The translations under genes were made by a program, and so were the position numbers. This document shows, piece by piece, positions 53,852 through 63,573 of a stretch of 64,000 nucleotides of DNA (the stretch's first letter is position 1; each line of letters starts with the position of its first letter). Origin of the DNA: Candidatus Dormiibacterota bacterium (lineage in GTDB: Bacteria; Chloroflexota; Dormibacteria; Aeolococcales; Aeolococcaceae); assembly GCA_003153125.1 (NCBI GenBank), contig PLWW01000078.1, forward strand, positions 30,945 through 94,944, written 5' to 3'. Below the pieces are notes generated by a model. The model was not told where the DNA came from and searched no databases. It saw nothing but the letters and a program-made list of their open reading frames with translations.

Positions 53852-55174
53852 TCTGCGAATGTTGCCGCTGTGGCAATCAGCGCAGTCTTGGGTACCCCCG
53901 ATGAGGGGGCTCCGGGGCCGCCCGCTCTAGATGCGTTGGCGGCTCCGGCCTCAGCATCCGAATGCGCCGGTCCACCACGCTGGCCCGCCGTGCGGTTCTA
54001 CGTGGCCGTGTGCCTGTCGCTCTACGGCGATTGGCTGACCACCGTCGCGCTCCTCGTCGTGCTCTTCGAAGTGACGGGCACGCCGGCCGCGCCAGCCGGG
54101 TACATGGTCGCGAGGATCGCTCCACGAGTAGCCGGCCCCTGGCTGGGCGGCCATTTGACCGACCGGCTCTCTCCGCGCGTGGTCATCATGAGCACGTCAG
54201 CGGTTCAAGGGGCGCTGACCGCCGCGCTGATCTGGTCCCATCGCGCCAATCTGATCTGGGCAATCTACGCGATTGTGGCCGTTGCCCAGTTCGCCGGCGC
54301 CCTCAGCCGACCGAGCCACGGTGCGTTGATTCCCAGCTTGGTGCGCGAACGCGAGTTGCCACGCGCTAACGCCATCTACTGGCTGCTGTTCAGCACGAGC
54401 ATCTTTGTCGCTCCCGCCATCGGCGCCGTCCTGCTCAGCAACGTGGGACCCGATCCGCTCTTCGCGATCGACGCGGCGAGCTTCGTGGTCTGCGTGCTCC
54501 TCATTGCCACACTCCCGAAGACGACGCCGGCCGCCGGCGCGATCGCGGCGTCGCGGTCACCCCGTCCGCGCGATGGAGCCCTGCGCGAAGCGATGCGGCA
54601 ACCGGGGATACGAATGGTTGCGGCGGCGAACTTTGCCAGCGGGCTCACGATCACCGTCACCCAGGCTCTGCTCGTCGTCGCGGCCCACGAACGATTCGGG
54701 GGCGACGCCGCAGTGGGATACCTGTATTCCGGTGTTGGGGTCGGGGGTACCGTCGGCGCACTCATCGCCCTGCGCTGGATCCCCTCGCGGTCGTGGACAC
54801 GGCTCGCGGTGTTCCTCGCTGTCACGGTGGAACTGGTTTCGCTGGCAGCATTCAGCGGGTCGACGGTCGTCCCGCTGGCGTTCCTCGTGCTCGCCGTCAG
54901 CAGCATCGCCGGAAGTTCCTTCGACACGTGGGGCGCGACGGAAATCCAGCGCAGCGCTCCGCCCGGGCTGATGGGGCGCTACAACTCGGTGATCTTCATC
55001 GCCCTCAACGCCGGCATGTTCGTCGGCGCCCTGTGGGCTCTGGCGACGGCAAATTCTCTGCACTGGGACGCGGCCTTGGAAGCCGCGTGCGCGGCCATGC
55101 TCATCCTGGTCGGCGGCGTGTGGATTTGGGGCGGTCGCCCGAGCTCGCTCCCCATCGAGAGGGACACGGCATGA
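53825..55174 (+). CDS. MFS transporter (start uncertain)
   Basis: The TM core begins at VRFYVAVCLSLYGDWL (about 53990). The first in-frame GTG 53825 is buried in a hairpin. Alternatives are TTG 53933 and GTG 53990. Confidence 0.75.
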   Translation: MRRHTRGRPSANVAAVAISAVLGTPDEGAPGPPALDALAAPASASECAGPPRWPAVRFYVAVCLSLYGDWLTTVALLVVLFEVTGTPAAPAGYMVARIAPRVAGPWLGGHLTDRLSPRVVIMSTSAVQGALTAALIWSHRANLIWAIYAIVAVAQFAGALSRPSHGALIPSLVRERELPRANAIYWLLFSTSIFVAPAIGAVLLSNVGPDPLFAIDAASFVVCVLLIATLPKTTPAAGAIAASRSPRPRDGALREAMRQPGIRMVAAANFASGLTITVTQALLVVAAHERFGGDAAVGYLYSGVGVGGTVGALIALRWIPSRSWTRLAVFLAVTVELVSLAAFSGSTVVPLAFLVLAVSSIAGSSFDTWGATEIQRSAPPGLMGRYNSVIFIALNAGMFVGALWALATANSLHWDAALEAACAAMLILVGGVWIWGGRPSSLPIERDTA

Positions 55175-55256
55175 GGGCCCTGCTGCCCGCGCACTCATCG
55201 GCGCCTCCCGCTGCGCCAGAATGAGCGTCGTCATCAGCGTCGTGGAGGAAGCCTGC

Positions 55257-55472
55257 ATGGCAGATTCCGTGTACCGCGTCACCGAGTTGGTCGGGGTCAG
55301 CACCGAGTCCTGGGAGGACGCGGCTCGGCGTGCCGTCGAGACCGCGTCTCAGACCCTGCGCGACTTGCGTGTCGCCGAGGTCGTGAAGCTGGACATGACC
55401 GTCGAGGAGGGCAAGGTCGCCCGCTTCCGGACGCGCCTCGCCCTCTCGTTCAAGTACGAGCCGAACGACTGA
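55257..55472 (+). CDS. Dodecin-family flavin-binding protein
   Basis: MADSVYRVTELVGVSTESWEDAARRAVETASQTLRDLRVAEVVKLDMTVEEGKV..FR..L.LSFK. Confidence 0.85.
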   Translation: MADSVYRVTELVGVSTESWEDAARRAVETASQTLRDLRVAEVVKLDMTVEEGKVARFRTRLALSFKYEPND

Positions 55473-55479
55473 CTGCCGC

Positions 55480-56439
55480 GTGACGCATGACTCCCGCGTG
55501 ACGCACGAGGTCCGACAGGGCACGTTCAGCAGCCGCGGGCAGCGCTTCGCATACACGATCCACGGCAGCGGGAGCCGCCCCCTCGTGTACCTCCCCGGGT
55601 TGCTCCTGCCAGCCCGCATGAACACGCCTCTCGCGGAACACCTCGCCGAGCGCGGCAACATGGTCATCCTTCTCGACCCGCTCGGCCAGGGAGGCTCGTC
55701 GCGTCCCCGCGAGGCATGGCGCTACTCCATGAGCCAGTTCGCGATGGACGTCGCCGCCCTCCTCGATCACCTCGACATCGAGCGGGCCGTGGTGGGGGGC
55801 ACGTCGATGGGTGCCAACATCACTCTCGAGCTCGCTGCCCTGGCCCCGCACAGGCTGCGCGGCATGGTGCTGGAGATGCCCGTCCTCGACAACGCTCTCG
55901 TGGCCACCGTGTCGGCCTTCACTCCTCTGCTCGTGGCCATGACCACGGGCGAGCCGCTCATGGGAGCGCTGTCGCGGCTGGCGCGACTGGTGCCGTCGAA
56001 GCTCATCCCGCTGCCGCTCGACGCGCTTCTCGACACCGTGCGCCAGGACCCTGGGCCGAGCGGCGCGCTGCTCACGGGCACGTTCTTCGGTCGCACCGCT
56101 CCGCCCCGGGACCAGCGCCAGACGTTCACCGCGCCCAGCCTGGTGATCGGCCATCACCGCGACCCGATCCATCCTTTCTCGGACGCCGGGATGCTCTCGC
56201 GCGAGCTCCCCAACGGCCGCCTCGTCGAGGCCAGCTCCATCCTCGAGATGCGCTTCCACCCGGGAAGGCTCCTCGGTGAGATCGAACGATTCCTCGACCA
56301 GGTGTGGGGGCCTGGCGAGCGCCTCGTTGGAGCACGTGGCCCGGGGGGAGGCGCTCGGGCCGCCGTGCGGCGCGCCCGTGGTCGCCCGGTCGCCTCAACG
56401 CGACGTGGCGCAGTCCCGGGACCTCGCCGCCCGCGGTAG
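55480..56439 (+). CDS. Alpha/beta-fold hydrolase
   Basis: PLVYLPGLL...LDPLGQGGS...VVGGTSMGA (nucleophile elbow GxSxG)...HHRDPIHP. Confidence 0.8.
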   Translation: MTHDSRVTHEVRQGTFSSRGQRFAYTIHGSGSRPLVYLPGLLLPARMNTPLAEHLAERGNMVILLDPLGQGGSSRPREAWRYSMSQFAMDVAALLDHLDIERAVVGGTSMGANITLELAALAPHRLRGMVLEMPVLDNALVATVSAFTPLLVAMTTGEPLMGALSRLARLVPSKLIPLPLDALLDTVRQDPGPSGALLTGTFFGRTAPPRDQRQTFTAPSLVIGHHRDPIHPFSDAGMLSRELPNGRLVEASSILEMRFHPGRLLGEIERFLDQVWGPGERLVGARGPGGGARAAVRRARGRPVASTRRGAVPGPRRPR

Positions 56440-56470
56440 CCCTGAACCCGGCCGGTATCCTTCGCCGGTC

Positions 56471-57505
56471 ATGTCCATCGCCCCAGGCTCCGATTTCCCA
56501 CCACCGCGCGGCGATCGTCCGCGCGTGCTGAGCGGCATCCAGCCGACCTTCCAGCTCCATCTCGGCAACTACCTCGGCGCCCTCCGCCACTGGGCCAGCG
56601 AGCAGCACAGCTACGACAACTTCTTCTGCATCGTCGACCTGCACGCGCTGACCGTCGTCCCGGACCCGGAATTGGTTCGCAGCAGCGTGCTCGAACTGGC
56701 CGCGCTATACCTGGCGTGTGGCCTCGACCCCGGGCGGAGCGTCATCTTCGTGCAGTCGCAGGTGCCCGCCCACGCCCAACTAGGGTGGATCCTGGAATGC
56801 CACACGCCGCTGGGATGGCTGGAGCGCATGACCCAGTTCAGGTCGAAGGCCGGCACCGGCCGCGAGCGCGAGCGGGTGAGCGCCGGGGTGCTGACCTACC
56901 CGGACCTCATGGCCGCCGACATCCTGTTGTACAACGCGGAATTCGTCCCGGTCGGCGACGACCAGCGCCAGCACGTGGAGCTCTGCCGCGACATCGCGCA
57001 GCGGGTCAACACCCTGCGCGGTGAGGTGTTCCGCATCCCGGAACCCCTGATACGCGCTACGGGCGCGCGCGTCATGGGCCTCGACGACCCGACCACGAAA
57101 ATGAGCAAGAGCACGGCTCTCGTCAAGCCGGCCCACGCCATCCTCATGCTCGACCCCCCGGACGTGGTGCGCCGTAAGATCAGTCGCGCCACCACGGATG
57201 CCAACCCCGCGGTCGTCGAACCGGTCGGCGCGGGCGTCGCCAACCTGCTCGACATCCATGCCGCCATTCGCGGCGACAGCCGGGCGGATACGGTCGCGCG
57301 GTTCACGGGTGTCAGCTACGGAGGCCTCAAACAAGCGGTGACCGACGCCATCAACGAGGTCCTGGAACCGGTGCAGGCTCGGTACCGCCACTGGCGCGCC
57401 GACGAGGCGGTGCTGCGCACCGTGCTCGCGGACGGCGCCGAGCGCGCCGGGGTGGTCGCGGACGCAACGCTTCTGCGCGCGCAGCGCGCCATGGGGCTGC
57501 GGTGA
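56471..57505 (+). CDS. trpS: Tryptophanyl-tRNA synthetase (bacterial type)
   Basis: VLSGIQPTFQLHLGNYLGA...FFCIVDLHA...PVGDDQRQHVEL.RDIA...KMSKS. Confidence 0.95.
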   Translation: MSIAPGSDFPPPRGDRPRVLSGIQPTFQLHLGNYLGALRHWASEQHSYDNFFCIVDLHALTVVPDPELVRSSVLELAALYLACGLDPGRSVIFVQSQVPAHAQLGWILECHTPLGWLERMTQFRSKAGTGRERERVSAGVLTYPDLMAADILLYNAEFVPVGDDQRQHVELCRDIAQRVNTLRGEVFRIPEPLIRATGARVMGLDDPTTKMSKSTALVKPAHAILMLDPPDVVRRKISRATTDANPAVVEPVGAGVANLLDIHAAIRGDSRADTVARFTGVSYGGLKQAVTDAINEVLEPVQARYRHWRADEAVLRTVLADGAERAGVVADATLLRAQRAMGLR

Positions 57506-58038
57506 GCTTCACCATCGCCACGTCGACGCGCCGTCAGCGACCGCCTCTGATCGGTGTGTGCGGCACGTCCCGCGATGACCCCAGCACCGACGCAATCGCG
57601 GAGCGCGTCGGCCGGTTGATCGCGTCGCGCGGCGGCATCGTCGTCTGTGGTGGCCTCGGCGGCGTGATGGCGGCAGCGGCGCGAGGAGCGGCTCGCGGCG
57701 GCGGCTTCAGCATCGGCCTGCTTCCCGGGGGCAATGCCGACGACGCGGCCGCCGACGTGTCGCTGGCCATCCCCACCGGCATGGGTGAGATGCGCAACGC
57801 CCTCATCGTGCGCGCCTGCCCGGTGATCATCGCCATCGGCGGCGCCTACGGAACCATCAGCGAGATCGGCCTTGCCCTACGCAACCGTCGCCCGGTGATC
57901 GGGCTCGACACCTGGGAGATCCGGCCTCCCGGCGCCCGCGGCGCCGACCCCGGTATCCAGCGGGCCAACACCCCGGACGAGGCGGTGGCGATGGCCTTCG
58001 CGGCGGTTGACCGGAGCGCGGCGAGCACCACGCGCTGA
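57502..58038 (+). CDS. TIGR00725/LOG-like Rossmann-fold protein
   Basis: GTGA overlap with trpS. IGVCG.......A..VGRLIASRGGIVVCGGLGGVMAAAARGA...GG.SIGLLPG...GMGEMRN.LIVR....IIAIGG.YGT.SEI. Confidence 0.75.
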   Translation: MSFTIATSTRRQRPPLIGVCGTSRDDPSTDAIAERVGRLIASRGGIVVCGGLGGVMAAAARGAARGGGFSIGLLPGGNADDAAADVSLAIPTGMGEMRNALIVRACPVIIAIGGAYGTISEIGLALRNRRPVIGLDTWEIRPPGARGADPGIQRANTPDEAVAMAFAAVDRSAASTTR

Positions 58039-58050
58039 ACGCGGAGGCGC

Positions 58051-59187
58051 TCAGCCGCGAGTGCCGAGAGCGGCGTCGACCTCCTCGAGCATGGCCGCCA
58101 CCTCGGGCCTGGCGAAGTGGGCACGCGCCGGCTCGAGTCGATCGATGAGGCGTACGGCCAGAGTGTTCTTGACGTCGCCGGGATGGAGCAACCCTCGGCC
58201 GTAGGCATCGGCCAGTTCCGCATATGTGTCGAAGGTGGCGTCACCACCGCTGCCGGCGCCCCGCTTGATCGTCACCGGCGTCTCGTCGAGGGCGAACACG
58301 AGCTGGTCGAACCAGTTGAGCACCGGGTTCAAACGCGTCTCCTCAGGGGGGCAGAACGCCTTGGCCACGCGGCGGCGGATGGTATCGGGGTCATCGTGGA
58401 CGAAGACGGCCGAGGACGGGTCGGACTTGCTCATCTTCAGCGTGGACGGGTCGACATCCTCGGGGAGCGGCCACACCGGCGGCCTGCGCAGGCCGAGGAG
58501 CAGCGGATGGTGCACCGCGGCGGGCTTGACGGTGCGCCCCTCGAAATCGGTCAGGCGATTGGTGCGGATCTTCGTGGCCACATCGCGGGCGATGACGTGC
58601 GCCTTGCGTTGTTCGGTGCCGGCGTGAGCGAGGTTGATGCCCTGCGCGAAGATGTCGGCCGCCTGCATCGCCGGGTAGATCAGCTTGGCAAAGTCGACGG
58701 AGTCGCTCTGCTCGCGACCGAGGATGCTGATGCTGCGCAGCATTCGCGCCAAGGTCGTGTTGCGGCTCACCTCGATGACCGTCGTCCAGTAGTCGGGATG
58801 GCTGTCGTAGAGATCGGTGCCGAGAACGAAGTGCACGCGCGACGGGTCCGTCCCCAACGCAAGAAGCGACGCGCGCATTGCCTCGGTGAAGTAGCCCGTG
58901 GCGATGCGCCGGATCACCTCGCGGTCGCCGCCGAGCTTGTCGTTGATCCACGTGTGCCAGTCAGCGAGGAGGACGTGGCAGTCGATGCCGGCCGCGAGGA
59001 AGTCGCGCACCTTTCCCATGGACACCAGGCCGGTGCCGAGGTGCACCTTCCCGGAGATCTCGAAACCGATGTAGTGCCGTATCGGCGTTGGCGTGGCCAG
59101 CAGCTCGAGAAGGTCGCTGCGGCCCATCACCTCCGAGGTGTTGCGCTCGATGAGCGCCATGCGGTCTGCGGGGCTGATCTGGGTCAC
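58051..59187 (-). CDS. tyrS: Tyrosyl-tRNA synthetase, archaeal/eukaryotic type
   Basis: LIERNTSEV...HYIGFEISGKVHLG....M.K..DF..AGID..VLLADWH...IYPAMQAADI......LAHAGTEQRK.H..ARD...KMSKS...KAFCP is co-linear with my memory of the M. jannaschii TyrRS sequence (MIKRNTSEI..AYIGFEPSGKIHLG..LLADLHAYLN..IYPIMQVNDI..GGMEQRKIH..KMSSS..KAYCP). Confidence 0.8.
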   Translation of the reverse strand: MTQISPADRMALIERNTSEVMGRSDLLELLATPTPIRHYIGFEISGKVHLGTGLVSMGKVRDFLAAGIDCHVLLADWHTWINDKLGGDREVIRRIATGYFTEAMRASLLALGTDPSRVHFVLGTDLYDSHPDYWTTVIEVSRNTTLARMLRSISILGREQSDSVDFAKLIYPAMQAADIFAQGINLAHAGTEQRKAHVIARDVATKIRTNRLTDFEGRTVKPAAVHHPLLLGLRRPPVWPLPEDVDPSTLKMSKSDPSSAVFVHDDPDTIRRRVAKAFCPPEETRLNPVLNWFDQLVFALDETPVTIKRGAGSGGDATFDTYAELADAYGRGLLHPGDVKNTLAVRLIDRLEPARAHFARPEVAAMLEEVDAALGTRG

Positions 59188-59244
59188 CGGCGACGAAGTC
59201 TAGACATTGCCCGGTTCCGGTCCCCCCGCCGACCGCGCAGGGGC

Positions 59245-59250
59245 TAACGT
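59245..59250 (+). promoter_or_regulatory. -10-like TAACGT, 7 nt upstream of GTG 59258 (leaderless-type)
   Basis: TAACGT-cgcgctg-GTG. Confidence 0.3.
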
Positions 59251-59257
59251 CGCGCTG

Positions 59258-60190
59258 GTGACCGACCTCACCGCACCACCGTCGCCTTCGGGCGAGCAGC
59301 TCGAACTGCGCTCAGGCGGACAGTGCCTGGTCGTGGTCAGCGGCGGGGGAGGGATCCGCCGCTACTCGCTTGACGGTCGAGACCTCCTCGACGGTTATGC
59401 GCGCCACGAGGTGTGCGCCGGTGCCCGCGGCCAGCTGCTCAGCCCGTGGCCCAACCGCGTCCGCGACGGTCGCTATGAGTTCGGCGGCGACGTCCGCCAG
59501 CTTGCCCTCACCGAGCCCGCCGCGGGCAACGCGATCCACGGCCTGTCGCGCTGGCACAGCTGGACGGTCGAGGAGCGCGACGGACAGCGCGTCGTGCTCG
59601 GGCTGCAGCTCATCCCGCAGATGGGCTACCCGCACCTGCTTCAACTTCGCGCGGAATACACGCTCGATGATGACGGCGTCGGCGTCACGCTCACCGCCAC
59701 CAATCGAGGCGCGGCTCCCGCTCCCTATGGCATCGGTGCGCATCCCTACCTGCGGGCCTCAGCGGGGCTGATCGACTCGTGCACGTTGCAGATTCCCGCC
59801 GCAACGCGGCTGGTCAGTGACGACCGCCACATCCCGGTCGAGCGCAGTCCGGTGGCCGGCACCGAGTTCGACTACCGAGAACCGCGTCTGATCGGTTCGA
59901 CCAGGCTGGACAGCGCCTTCTGCGACCTGGCCCGCGACCCCGACGGCATCGCGCGGGTCGTGTTCGCCGCTCCGGACGAGGGGCTGGCGCTGACGCTCTG
60001 GATGGACCGAGCCCACGAGTACGTGATGGCGTTCACCGGCGACACACTTGCGGACCGGCCGCGCCAGGGTCTCGCCATCGAGCCGATGTCTTGTCCTCCC
60101 AACGCCCTCGCCAGCGGCGACCATCTCATCGTTCTCCACCCAGGGGAGAGCCATGCGGCGTCGTGGGGGATCACCCCGACCCGGGCGTGA
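59258..60190 (+). CDS. Aldose 1-epimerase family protein
   Basis: G.LLSPWPNRVRDGRY.F.G....L......GNAIHGL.R...W.V...GAHPYL. The ORF opens at TTG 59207, but I prefer GTG 59258. Confidence 0.8.
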   Translation: MTDLTAPPSPSGEQLELRSGGQCLVVVSGGGGIRRYSLDGRDLLDGYARHEVCAGARGQLLSPWPNRVRDGRYEFGGDVRQLALTEPAAGNAIHGLSRWHSWTVEERDGQRVVLGLQLIPQMGYPHLLQLRAEYTLDDDGVGVTLTATNRGAAPAPYGIGAHPYLRASAGLIDSCTLQIPAATRLVSDDRHIPVERSPVAGTEFDYREPRLIGSTRLDSAFCDLARDPDGIARVVFAAPDEGLALTLWMDRAHEYVMAFTGDTLADRPRQGLAIEPMSCPPNALASGDHLIVLHPGESHAASWGITPTRA

Positions 60191-61523
60191 CACCGGGCGC
60201 GGCAGGCTCGGCGCGGTAGCGCCAGAAGCGGGGCAGCAGCGCGCTCACGACCGCGGTCCCGACGACGCAGAGCACACCGCCGCTCACAATTGAAACGCGC
60301 ACACCGGCGAGCGCGCTGACGACACCGGCTTCGAGATTGCCGAGGGCGGGGCCCGACGTGTAGCTGATCATCTCGATGCCGGCCATGCGCCCGCGCATCA
60401 CGTCGGGGATGGTCTGGTTCCACATGGTCATCCGGAACAGCCCACTCACCATGTCTGCGGCGCCGGCGGCGGCCAGGGCGAGGAGCGCGATCCACAGTGA
60501 GGGCGCCAACCCGAAAGCGACGATGGCGACGCCCCACGCCGCGGCGGCACACGCGATGGCCCGTCCGTGGTCGCGCACCGACAGCGTCCATCCGCTGGTC
60601 ACCGTGGCCACGAGCGAGCCGACTGACGGAGCGGTGTACAGGAGCCCGAGGACTGCGGGCCCGCCGAAGGTGCTGGCGATCTGCGGGAAGAGCGCCATCG
60701 GCATCCCGAAGAACATGGCGTTCACGTCGACGAGGTACGAGCCGAGGAGGTCCTGGCGAGTCCTCGCGTAGCGCAGCCCGCTGAGCATGGCCGCAAGCCG
60801 AACCCCCTCGGCGCCGGGTGCCGGGGGGACTGCACCCATCAGCGTGAGCGCCACAAGCGACACGGCGAACGTCGCCACGTCGACGCCGTACGCGGCGGGC
60901 AGCCCCACCGCGGCGATGAGCACGCCGGCGAGAGCCGGCCCCGCGATCTGCCCGAGGTTGCCGCGCAGGCCTTCGAGCGCTGCCGCCGCGGTGAGCCTGT
61001 CCCGGGGAACGAGACGCGGCACGAGGGCGGCGAGCGAGGGTCGTTGCAGCGCATCCATGCCCGCCGCCACGGCGACGCCCACGAAGAGCACCCACAGCTG
61101 CGGGTGGGGGAGCGATGCATTGAGGACGAGCGTGCCGACCACGAGGCAGAGAGCCAGCTCGGTGAGCCAGACCATGCGGCGACGGTCGACGGCATCGGCC
61201 AGCGCACCCCCGACCAGGGACATGAACAGGATCGGGACCAACTCGGTGAGGCTGACCAGGCCCACCACCAGTGACGAACGGCTCAGCGCGTACGCCTGGA
61301 AGAAGATGGCGACGTAGGTGATCATGGTGCCGGCGTTCGACACCGCCTGGCCGATGAAGAGCAGCCGGAAGTCGCGCGACTCCCGCAACGGGGACGGGTC
61401 GACCGCCACCGCGGACACCGCCCGGCGCAGAGCCGAACGCCGCGGGCGCGGCTCGGCAGCGCCGGCGGGCTCTCCGAGGGGATCCGGGGTGGCCCGCGTT
61501 CGAGGTGGAAGTCGATCGGACAC
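60171..61523 (-). CDS. MFS transporter
   Basis: GTG start. FRLLFIGQAVSNAGTM, GGALADAVDRRR, about 12 TMs. Confidence 0.8.
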   Translation of the reverse strand: MSDRLPPRTRATPDPLGEPAGAAEPRPRRSALRRAVSAVAVDPSPLRESRDFRLLFIGQAVSNAGTMITYVAIFFQAYALSRSSLVVGLVSLTELVPILFMSLVGGALADAVDRRRMVWLTELALCLVVGTLVLNASLPHPQLWVLFVGVAVAAGMDALQRPSLAALVPRLVPRDRLTAAAALEGLRGNLGQIAGPALAGVLIAAVGLPAAYGVDVATFAVSLVALTLMGAVPPAPGAEGVRLAAMLSGLRYARTRQDLLGSYLVDVNAMFFGMPMALFPQIASTFGGPAVLGLLYTAPSVGSLVATVTSGWTLSVRDHGRAIACAAAAWGVAIVAFGLAPSLWIALLALAAAGAADMVSGLFRMTMWNQTIPDVMRGRMAGIEMISYTSGPALGNLEAGVVSALAGVRVSIVSGGVLCVVGTAVVSALLPRFWRYRAEPAAPGVTPGSG

Positions 61524-61609
61524 GGCCAGACTCTCGCCGCTACACCGCAGACCGTGTGTGGCTCGATCGAAACGGCCTGCCGCCCCCGGCTCCCTACACT
61601 GTCGCGCGC

Positions 61610-62365
61610 ATGATCGACACCGAGAAGTACGCCACCGCGACCGTCGTGTCGCGCCGCGACCTGGCCACCGACCTGTGGGTGGTGCGCATCAAGCCGGACT
61701 GCGAGCTGCCGTTCCGCCCCGGGCAGTACGTGACGCTCGGACTGGAGATCGATGGGCACATCGTGGAGCGGCCCTACTCGATCGCCTCAGACCCGGCGGA
61801 GGGTGAGATCGAGCTGTTCATCGAGCGCGTCCCCGAGGGAGAGCTGTCGGCGCCGCTCCATGAGGTGCCCATCGGCGAGACCACGTTGGCGCGCCGGCGC
61901 TGCAAGGGGCTCTTCCTCAAGGATGCGCCGGTCGAGGGCCGGCCGCACGTGTTCGTCGCCACCGTCACCGGCATCGCGCCGTTCGTCAGCATCCTGCGCA
62001 GCCTGCGCCGCCGCGCGGCAGCCGGGGAGTGGGTGCCCGACCAGCCGGTGCTGGCCCTGCAGGGGGCCAGCCGATCCGAGGAGCTCGGTTACGCGGACGA
62101 GTTGCGCAAGTTGGACGCCGAGTGCCCCTGGTTCACGTACATCCCCACCATCAGCCGCCCTTGGGACGAACCCGGGTGGGAGGGTGAGACGGGCCGCGTC
62201 GAGGATGTCCTCCGCAAGCATGCCGACGCCACCGGGATGAGTCCCGGGCTCGGCGCCATCTACCTCTGCGGCAACCCCGAGATGATCGCCAACAGTCGCG
62301 GCATCATGCGCCGGCGCGGTTTCACCGACAAGGAGATCCGCGAGGAGCAGTACTGGCCGGATTGA
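61610..62365 (+). CDS. fpr: Ferredoxin-NADP+ reductase (FPR type)
   Basis: RPYSIAS (RxYS FAD motif), ATVTGIAPF (NADP motif), LCGNPEM, C-terminal EQYWPD. Confidence 0.85.
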   Translation: MIDTEKYATATVVSRRDLATDLWVVRIKPDCELPFRPGQYVTLGLEIDGHIVERPYSIASDPAEGEIELFIERVPEGELSAPLHEVPIGETTLARRRCKGLFLKDAPVEGRPHVFVATVTGIAPFVSILRSLRRRAAAGEWVPDQPVLALQGASRSEELGYADELRKLDAECPWFTYIPTISRPWDEPGWEGETGRVEDVLRKHADATGMSPGLGAIYLCGNPEMIANSRGIMRRRGFTDKEIREEQYWPD

Positions 62366-62398
62366 CGGCCACCGCTCGCGCTGAAGGATGATCCCGCA

Positions 62399-62755
62399 GT
62401 GAGCGTCCATGCCCGGCTCGGTCTCGCCGTCATCCTGGTCGCGCTCGTGGGGGTGGTGCTCGCGTTCGTGGCTCGCTCCCGCCCCGGAGCCGTCCCGACG
62501 GTTCGGTTGTTCGTGCGGCTCTGCTCGGCCGCCGCCGCGGTGGAAGCTGTCATCGGGCTGGTCATGGTCGTGGCCGGGCAGCGGCCCGCCGAAGCCCTCC
62601 ACTTCTTCTATGGAGCGGCGACGGTGATCCCGATCCCCATCGCCGAGGCGATGGGCCGCCACCGCGGGCCTCGCGCCGAGATGCTGTACCTGCTCTACGG
62701 CGCTGCGGCCACGGCTCTCTTCGGGTTGCGGGCAGCGACGACCGGGAGCGCGTAG
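62399..62755 (+). CDS. Small integral membrane protein (about 4 TM), unknown function
   Basis: 118-aa hydrophobic ORF. I recognise no family. Confidence 0.5.
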   Translation: MSVHARLGLAVILVALVGVVLAFVARSRPGAVPTVRLFVRLCSAAAAVEAVIGLVMVVAGQRPAEALHFFYGAATVIPIPIAEAMGRHRGPRAEMLYLLYGAAATALFGLRAATTGSA

Positions 62756-62814
62756 GCGCATTGGCGGACGCGCGGCTTGACACGCAGCCGTGCGGCTGCA
62801 TTCCCGGCATGAGC

Positions 62815-63573
62815 TCACGCCGCCCGGACTGACGCGTCCCCCTCGATGACCACCGTGTGGCGGCGGCGCAGGCGCACCAGTGTTCCCAGGACCGGTGTCG
62901 CCAGCAGGGCGACGAGCACCGCGTTGCCAACGGCCCGGAAGCAGTCGTACACCAGCGAGGTCGCCAGGTAGAAGTGGGCGAAGCGAGCCGCCGTGGCCCC
63001 GACCGATAGCCCGGCGACATAGCCGATCCCGGCCGCACCGCGAAAGAACGTCCAGTCCCAGATGTCCATGACGGCGCCGTAGGCGAAGCCGCACACAATG
63101 CCCACCATGGCAAGGACGACGACGTCGCGACGGCTGGGCGCGCAGCCCCGCCGGTGCGCACCGGCAAGCCCGGCCACCGCCCCGACCCAACCCGCGGCGA
63201 TCATCTCGTAGGGAAGCCAGGGGCCCACGCCCGCGGTGACCAGCGCCGACACGAGGAGGGTCGTCGCGCCGCAGAGGAAGCCGAACTCGGCGCCCATGGC
63301 GTAGCCCGCGCAGAGGATGAGCAGGAAGATGGGCGAGAACCCACCGATGCCGGTGACCAGGGCTAGGCGCAGGGCGGAGTCGATGGCCGCGATGGCCGCG
63401 ATCACGGCCAGGCCGCGGGTGTCGAGGCGGCGGCTCATCGCCTCGACCGCGAGGAGGACGACCACGCAGCCCAGGCTCACCGCGACCGCAGCCGCCGCCC
63501 CGGGCGCGCCCAGGCCGGTGAATGGCCAGAGGAACAGGGCCACACCGGCGGCGCTGATCGCCGCCAGTTTCAT
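62815..63573 (-). CDS. Putative ECF-transporter substrate-capture (S-like) membrane component
   Basis: ATG 63573 overlaps the upstream ATPase stop. 252 aa, about 6 TMs, immediately downstream of an ABC/ECF ATPase. The family assignment is tentative. Confidence 0.5.
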   Translation of the reverse strand: MKLAAISAAGVALFLWPFTGLGAPGAAAAVAVSLGCVVVLLAVEAMSRRLDTRGLAVIAAIAAIDSALRLALVTGIGGFSPIFLLILCAGYAMGAEFGFLCGATTLLVSALVTAGVGPWLPYEMIAAGWVGAVAGLAGAHRRGCAPSRRDVVVLAMVGIVCGFAYGAVMDIWDWTFFRGAAGIGYVAGLSVGATAARFAHFYLATSLVYDCFRAVGNAVLVALLATPVLGTLVRLRRRHTVVIEGDASVRAA

